From assembly GCA_964016885.1 (NCBI GenBank), contig OZ024758.1, forward strand, positions 22,940,001 through 23,004,000: DNA of 64,000 nt. Reading direction: 5' to 3'. Positions 58,985-64,000 of the stretch are shown here, one piece after another. Positions within the stretch are counted from its first letter, which is position 1; the number at the start of each line of letters is the position of its first letter. Source of the DNA: Eledone cirrhosa. Taxonomy: Eukaryota. The position numbers were made by a program, and so were the translations under genes. The notes under the pieces are model-generated. The model ran no database searches and was not told where the DNA came from. It worked only from the letters and a program-made list of their open reading frames with translations.

Positions 58985-59128
58985 AAGAGGAAGACCAAGG
59001 TTAACGTATGTTGATGCCCTAAGGACAGACACTGGACTGTTGGAGACGCAGGACATGGCAACGATAATGAGGGACTGAGACCGCTGGAGAGAACTCGTCC
59101 ATGGATCTCGGGAATTTTACCCGCCTAT
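58985..59128 (+). mobile_element. 3' end of an RTE-like LINE in a TA tract
   Basis: Reverse complement of 28787-28930. Confidence 0.75.
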
Positions 59129-59284
59129 TGATATATAGATGTATATATAAGCAGAAGGGATATTTAATTTGTTGGAAATTCAACAAATATAAATGTTTAT
59201 AACTGATTCAGAGCACTCGACAGTTTCTGGAGGAAATATTCAATGATATTAAATAAATGGAAACTATATTTATAAAACCATATT

Positions 59285-59346
59285 TATTCTATTATATATA
59301 TTTCAAGGGTACCAAAAACTTTGGTACGCTTTCATCAGATAAAATA
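59285..59346 (-). ncRNA. Minimal type-I hammerhead, family A
   Basis: Minus strand: tattttat-CTGATGA-aagcgtaccaaa..tttggtaccctt-GAAA-tatata-TA-atagaata. Confidence 0.75.
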
Positions 59347-59404
59347 CAAAGTGTGTTTTATAAATTTTGACATAGCCAAGGAACATACCTTATCAGTTGA
59401 ATTT

Positions 59405-60297
59405 TCAGTAGTCTCTGTCCCTCATTATCGCTGCCATGTCCTGGGTCTCCAACAGACCAGTGTCTGTCCTTAGGGCATCAACATATGTTAACTTAGATCT
59501 TCCTCTTCCAGTGTGTCCATGCAGGGGCTCCCACAGGAACACTGAGTGCAGTGTCAACTCTGGATGTCGGTGAGCATGTCCAGCTAACCTCAGTCTCCTC
59601 TGTGTCACTTTTGAGCTGACTTTTGGGAGGCTCCCGTACAGCTCTGAGTTCTTCATCCTCAGTGTATATTAATTAATGTTCAGAGCCATCCTCAGCATTC
59701 CCATGTAGCACCCATCCACCATCTGAGTGAGTTTCTTGGTCAGTGTCCAAGTCTCAGACCCGTACAGCAGCACAGACTCCATAACAGCAATGAAGAGGCA
59801 GATTTTCAGGTCTCTACGAAGGTCCGACTTCCACACAGATCTCAAGCTGTGGCACGCCGCCCAGGCTTTGCTCTTCCTCTCGACCACATCATCTTCCGTA
59901 TTCCCTATATGTGCTCACAAATACAGGAAGTTCTCAACCAATTCTAGCGGCTTCCCGCCTACATTAGTGATCTTCTCTGGCTTCTTAATATTCTCTACCA
60001 GATATTTTGTTTTAATCTCATTCATTCTCAGCCCCACACACATCGACATAGTCTCCACCTCCTGCATCAAATCCTCTGCCTCCTTCACTGTGTTTGTCAC
60101 CAAAACTATGTTGTCGGCAAATTCAGCATCCGATATATATTTTTGCCTTAACTCTCCTGCTCTAAGCCAGTGTTAGAGTAAAGCCAGAGTCCTGGTGTTT
60201 CTCCAGCGCAAGGCGCATACAATAGTCCACTACGATGATAAAAAGGTAGGGAGCCAATGTATCTCCCTGGAGCACTCCAGCCAGTATCTCAAAGAAC
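59405..60297 (-). pseudogene. RTE-like LINE reverse transcriptase fragment, disrupted
   Basis: Minus strand: FFEILAGVLQGDTLAPYLFIIVVDY...FADNIVLV...VENFLYL...ESVLLYGSETWTLTK...RLRLAGHAHRH, with stops and frameshifts. Confidence 0.85.
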
Positions 60298-60524
60298 TTA
60301 TAAATGGAAGAAGAAAAAATTACTAGGACAACTTATAAGTTGTCCTATAAATTATTTGAATTTGCCTAGCGTCTAAATGTAACGATCTTTTTTCAGCCTT
60401 GCGTTTCAACCTCATTTACATATTCATCCTGAAGATTTGAAATTTTTCTTTCACTATCCAAACTGGACCTGAACCGATAAGGTCTGGTTTCTTGGGTATG
60501 TCACCATTTATAGAACAAATTTTG

Positions 60525-60585
60525 TATTTTGTCCGATGAGAGCGTACCAAAATGTTGGTACCCTTGAAATATATATAAGATAAAT
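60525..60585 (+). ncRNA. Family A hammerhead with core mutation
   Basis: tattttgt-CcGATGA-gagcgtacca..tggtaccctt-GAAA-tatata-TA. Confidence 0.55.
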
Positions 60586-60980
60586 ATGGTTTTATAAATA
60601 TAGTTTCCATTTATTAACATCATTGATATATATATATATATAAGTAAGTATGTTTTGAAACAGTGAGCGAGTTTGAAATTAGAAAATATATAGCTTTCAC
60701 CGTATTTTTGACTAAAGGAATTTTAGCCTGATAACGGGGTTTAGAACCCTCAGATAAATGGAAAAAGATGAGTATTGACGTACATATATATATATAAGTA
60801 TTGACATATATATATATGAGTATTGACGTATATATATATATATAAAACATGAGAAGAAAGAAGAATACTGCGTGGTTGCACATAGGTTACATATGATAAA
60901 AATAGTCCTTCGTCAGTGATTTTCCAACCATCATTGGTATTTCATCGCATTAAAAATCATATACCTCAGGTTGGTGCGAG

Positions 60981-61025
<45 letters not shown>

Positions 61026-61474
61026 GTGTGTGTGTATTGTTAGTAATGCGATTGTAAGTAAGTTTACGTACACAGTGATGTTACGAATAAAATATAATAT
61101 CTTCCCACTAGTTGTTTTCAATCAATCAATGTGTATATATGAGTGTATATATGTGTGTGTGTGTGTGTGTGTACATATATCATATATATATATATCAAAT
61201 ATATATATATATATGTGTGTGTATATGTCTCGCCCTCTCTCTCTCTCGCCCTCTCTCTCTCTCTCTCCGTCTCTCGCCCCTCTCTCTCTCTCTCTCTCTC
61301 TGTCTCTCGCCCCTCTCTCTCTCTCTCTGTCTCTCGCCCCTCTCTCTCTCTCTGTCTCTCGCCCCCTCTCTATCTCTGTCTCTCCCTCTCCTCTCTCTAT
61401 CTCTCCCTCTCGTTATCTACCTCCCCCTCTCTTTCTCTCTGTTTATCTGTATATCTTGATGAATAAATACATAT

Positions 61475-61524
<50 letters not shown>

Positions 61525-62103
61525 ATATATATATATATATGTGTATATATATATATACGTGTGTGTGTAGATATATATAGATATATATATAAGACTGTGT
61601 CAATGAACAACAAGGTTTCCAAAGAAACCAGGTTTGATAAGACAACAAAACAGCACCAATAACAACGACGACAACAACAACAACAACATACTATAACAAA
61701 CATGAGTTATTACATCAGCCTGCTATCTTAGATACACATCGCCATGATATGTGGCTGGTCTCGCGTCCATTTAAATAAACATTTGCCGCCATTAATATGC
61801 AGACGATTTCAAATGTGTCCATGAATAAATTCTATCGCTATTATATTATTCTTATTTTAGTCACTAAGACATAGTGCACTAACACTTAATGGATGTACTG
61901 AGCGTGTTTATTAAGTTTGTTGACAACTATAAACACAGTTGCTGTCAGAAGAACTTAGGGTGACAACATAAAGAAGCTTCTAGCATGTCGAGGCAGCATC
62001 TTGGTCTCGAATCTTTGTTCTTTGGGGGTCGACTTATATTTTTATAAGGCACCCTAACAATGAAGTAGGATCGCTCGGTCACTGGTTAAAAGAAGTGCTT
62101 CAA

Positions 62104-62146
<43 letters not shown>

Positions 62147-62150
<4 letters not shown>

Positions 62151-62379
62151 AACAAGTAAGACCCCGACGGCTGAGCTCAAGCCGTTTCGACGGCTAATTC
62201 TGGACTGAAGTCAGAATGCTTTGACGCATAGAGTTACGGCCCAGTCCAGAATTAGCCGTCGAAACGGCTTGAGCTCAGCCGTCGGGGTCTTACTTGTTCC
62301 TATTACCCACTCTACTACCCTAAGTATTGAGTACTTTGGTGCGTTATGGTCCACCTGGTTCCTTACCACATTTCCTTCG

Positions 62380-62450
<71 letters not shown>

Positions 62451-62619
62451 AAAAGAGTCAGGACTCCGACGGCTGAGTTCCGGCCGTTTCGACAGTCGAA
62501 ATGGCCGGAGCTAAGCCGTCGGGGTCCTGACTCTTTTCCTATTACCCACTCTACTACCCTAAGTATTGAGTACTCGGGTGCGTTATGGTCCACCTGGTGT
62601 CTCACCACACCCTCTTTGT

Positions 62620-62621
<2 letters not shown>
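62147..62621. mobile_element. Two family B fold-back elements in TA tracts
   Basis: 62147-62381 and a variant at 62448-62621. Confidence 0.75.
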
Positions 62622-62675
<54 letters not shown>

Positions 62676-62934
62676 TTAAAAATAGACAAAAAATACATTA
62701 AAACATTAAATACTGATTAACGAATGTTTCATCCATTTCTGGGTCTTTTCAAAATCATATATCTAATATAGAAACTTCGAGTTTGTAGACAGATCTTTTT
62801 GGAAAATTCTTTCAGAAGGGTTGATACATAGCCTTTTGTTTTGTTTATTATGATAAATTACTCTATTTTGAGCTATGTTTTACCTTTCCACCTATGGTTT
62901 TTAACTTTTTATATTGTTTTTGTGAAAAACGATA

Positions 62935-62964
<30 letters not shown>

Positions 62965-62965
<1 letters not shown>

Positions 62966-63099
62966 ACAAATTTAATATAGAAATGGCTTCTACATGACTA
63001 GAACTGTTTCATTCGAATGAAATCATCAGGTCTTTCATGATGATTTCCTTTGAATGAAACAGTTCTAGTCATGTAGCCATTTCTATATTAAATTTGTTG
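62965..63099. mobile_element. Fold-back element with hammerhead (minus strand 62996-63032)
   Basis: Arms of about 60 bp. Minus strand: gac-CTGATGA-tttc-attc-gaat-GAAA-cagttc-TA-gtc. Confidence 0.6.
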
Positions 63100-63139
63100 T
63101 ATACTCTTACTTACTTTGGTTACCCCCGATTGGACCGGG

Positions 63140-63173
<34 letters not shown>

Positions 63174-63192
63174 GTGCACACAAACCATTCCG

Positions 63193-63383
63193 GGCGGTGG
63201 ATTGGCAGTATCGGTAGAGGGTCGGAAACCATGCTTCGACGCATAGAGTAACGGCCCTAGCCATTCTGAGTTCAAATCCTGCTGAGGTTGACTTTGCCTT
63301 TCATCCTTACAGGGTCGATAAAATAAAGTACCAGTAATGTACTGGGGTAATTGTTGGCCTTGTGCCCAAAGTAGAAACAATTA
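63193..63383 (+). mobile_element. tRNA-SINE
   Basis: Full copy of the dominant family. Confidence 0.85.
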
Positions 63384-64000
63384 TTTACATCGGTTATCCT
63401 TCTGGTGAAAAGAATGAATTGCACAACAGAATATTTGATGTTCCATTTAAAATAAACTAGTTTTATTGGACGCAAGACGTTTATTGGATGCAAGTATGGC
63501 TGTATAGCTGAGAAGTTTGATCCTAGTGCACAGTCCTCGGGCAATTACCTTCGACCTTATCTTTGGGTCAACCAATGTCTTGTGAGAGAAATTTGGTTTG
63601 ACTTTCAGCTTAATACCATCACCTCACATTTTTTACTTTTTTTTTGGAGAAAATTATCGGAGTCTACTCTGTTATAAGCATTCAAACCAGATCTCCGATG
63701 TGAGAAAAACTTAAACTCCTTTCCCCAACTAGTCTAAGGGGCCTTGAAGAAGAATATGGGTGCAGTCATTCTTCCTCGAACCTCTGAAATTCTTTCCTGC
63801 AACCGTTTAAGACAACCGTTTAGTCGCGTTGATCGCATCGGTCTTGAAGAAAGCCACAGGCACAGTATCTTACTCCAGACCAAACCAATTTCCTATGAAA
63901 TATTTTCAGGATCATCAATACCTGTTTAATAACATCACATATATCTGTTTAACACTACATATATCTAAACTAAAATAAAGTAAGAAGCGTGGGACTGCGT

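Overview
Repeat-saturated, AT-rich eukaryotic genomic DNA, probably intronic or intergenic. The SINE content and the (TA)n/(CA)n/(GA)n density resemble an octopus (coleoid cephalopod) genome; this is an inference. Nearly all ORFs in the supplied track are microsatellite translations. Real coding traces are transposon relics (Tx1/L1-like, RTE-like, hAT, possible R4/Dong-like) plus a few weak candidate micro-exons. The window also has about 30 tRNA-derived SINE copies, two non-autonomous Helitrons, several MITEs and several minisatellites. The main signal is a set of short elements of about 10 unrelated families sitting inside (TA)n tracts. Many carry a minimal type-I hammerhead ribozyme: helix I, CUGANGA, helix II, GAAA, a palindromic helix III, UH, helix I'. 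They often occur as fold-back (inverted) pairs whose apex lies in the ribozyme helices. This matches pseudo-LTR relics of Penelope-like retroelements or retrozyme-like non-autonomous elements targeting TA microsatellites. All folds were made by eye and coordinates are approximate to a few bases.
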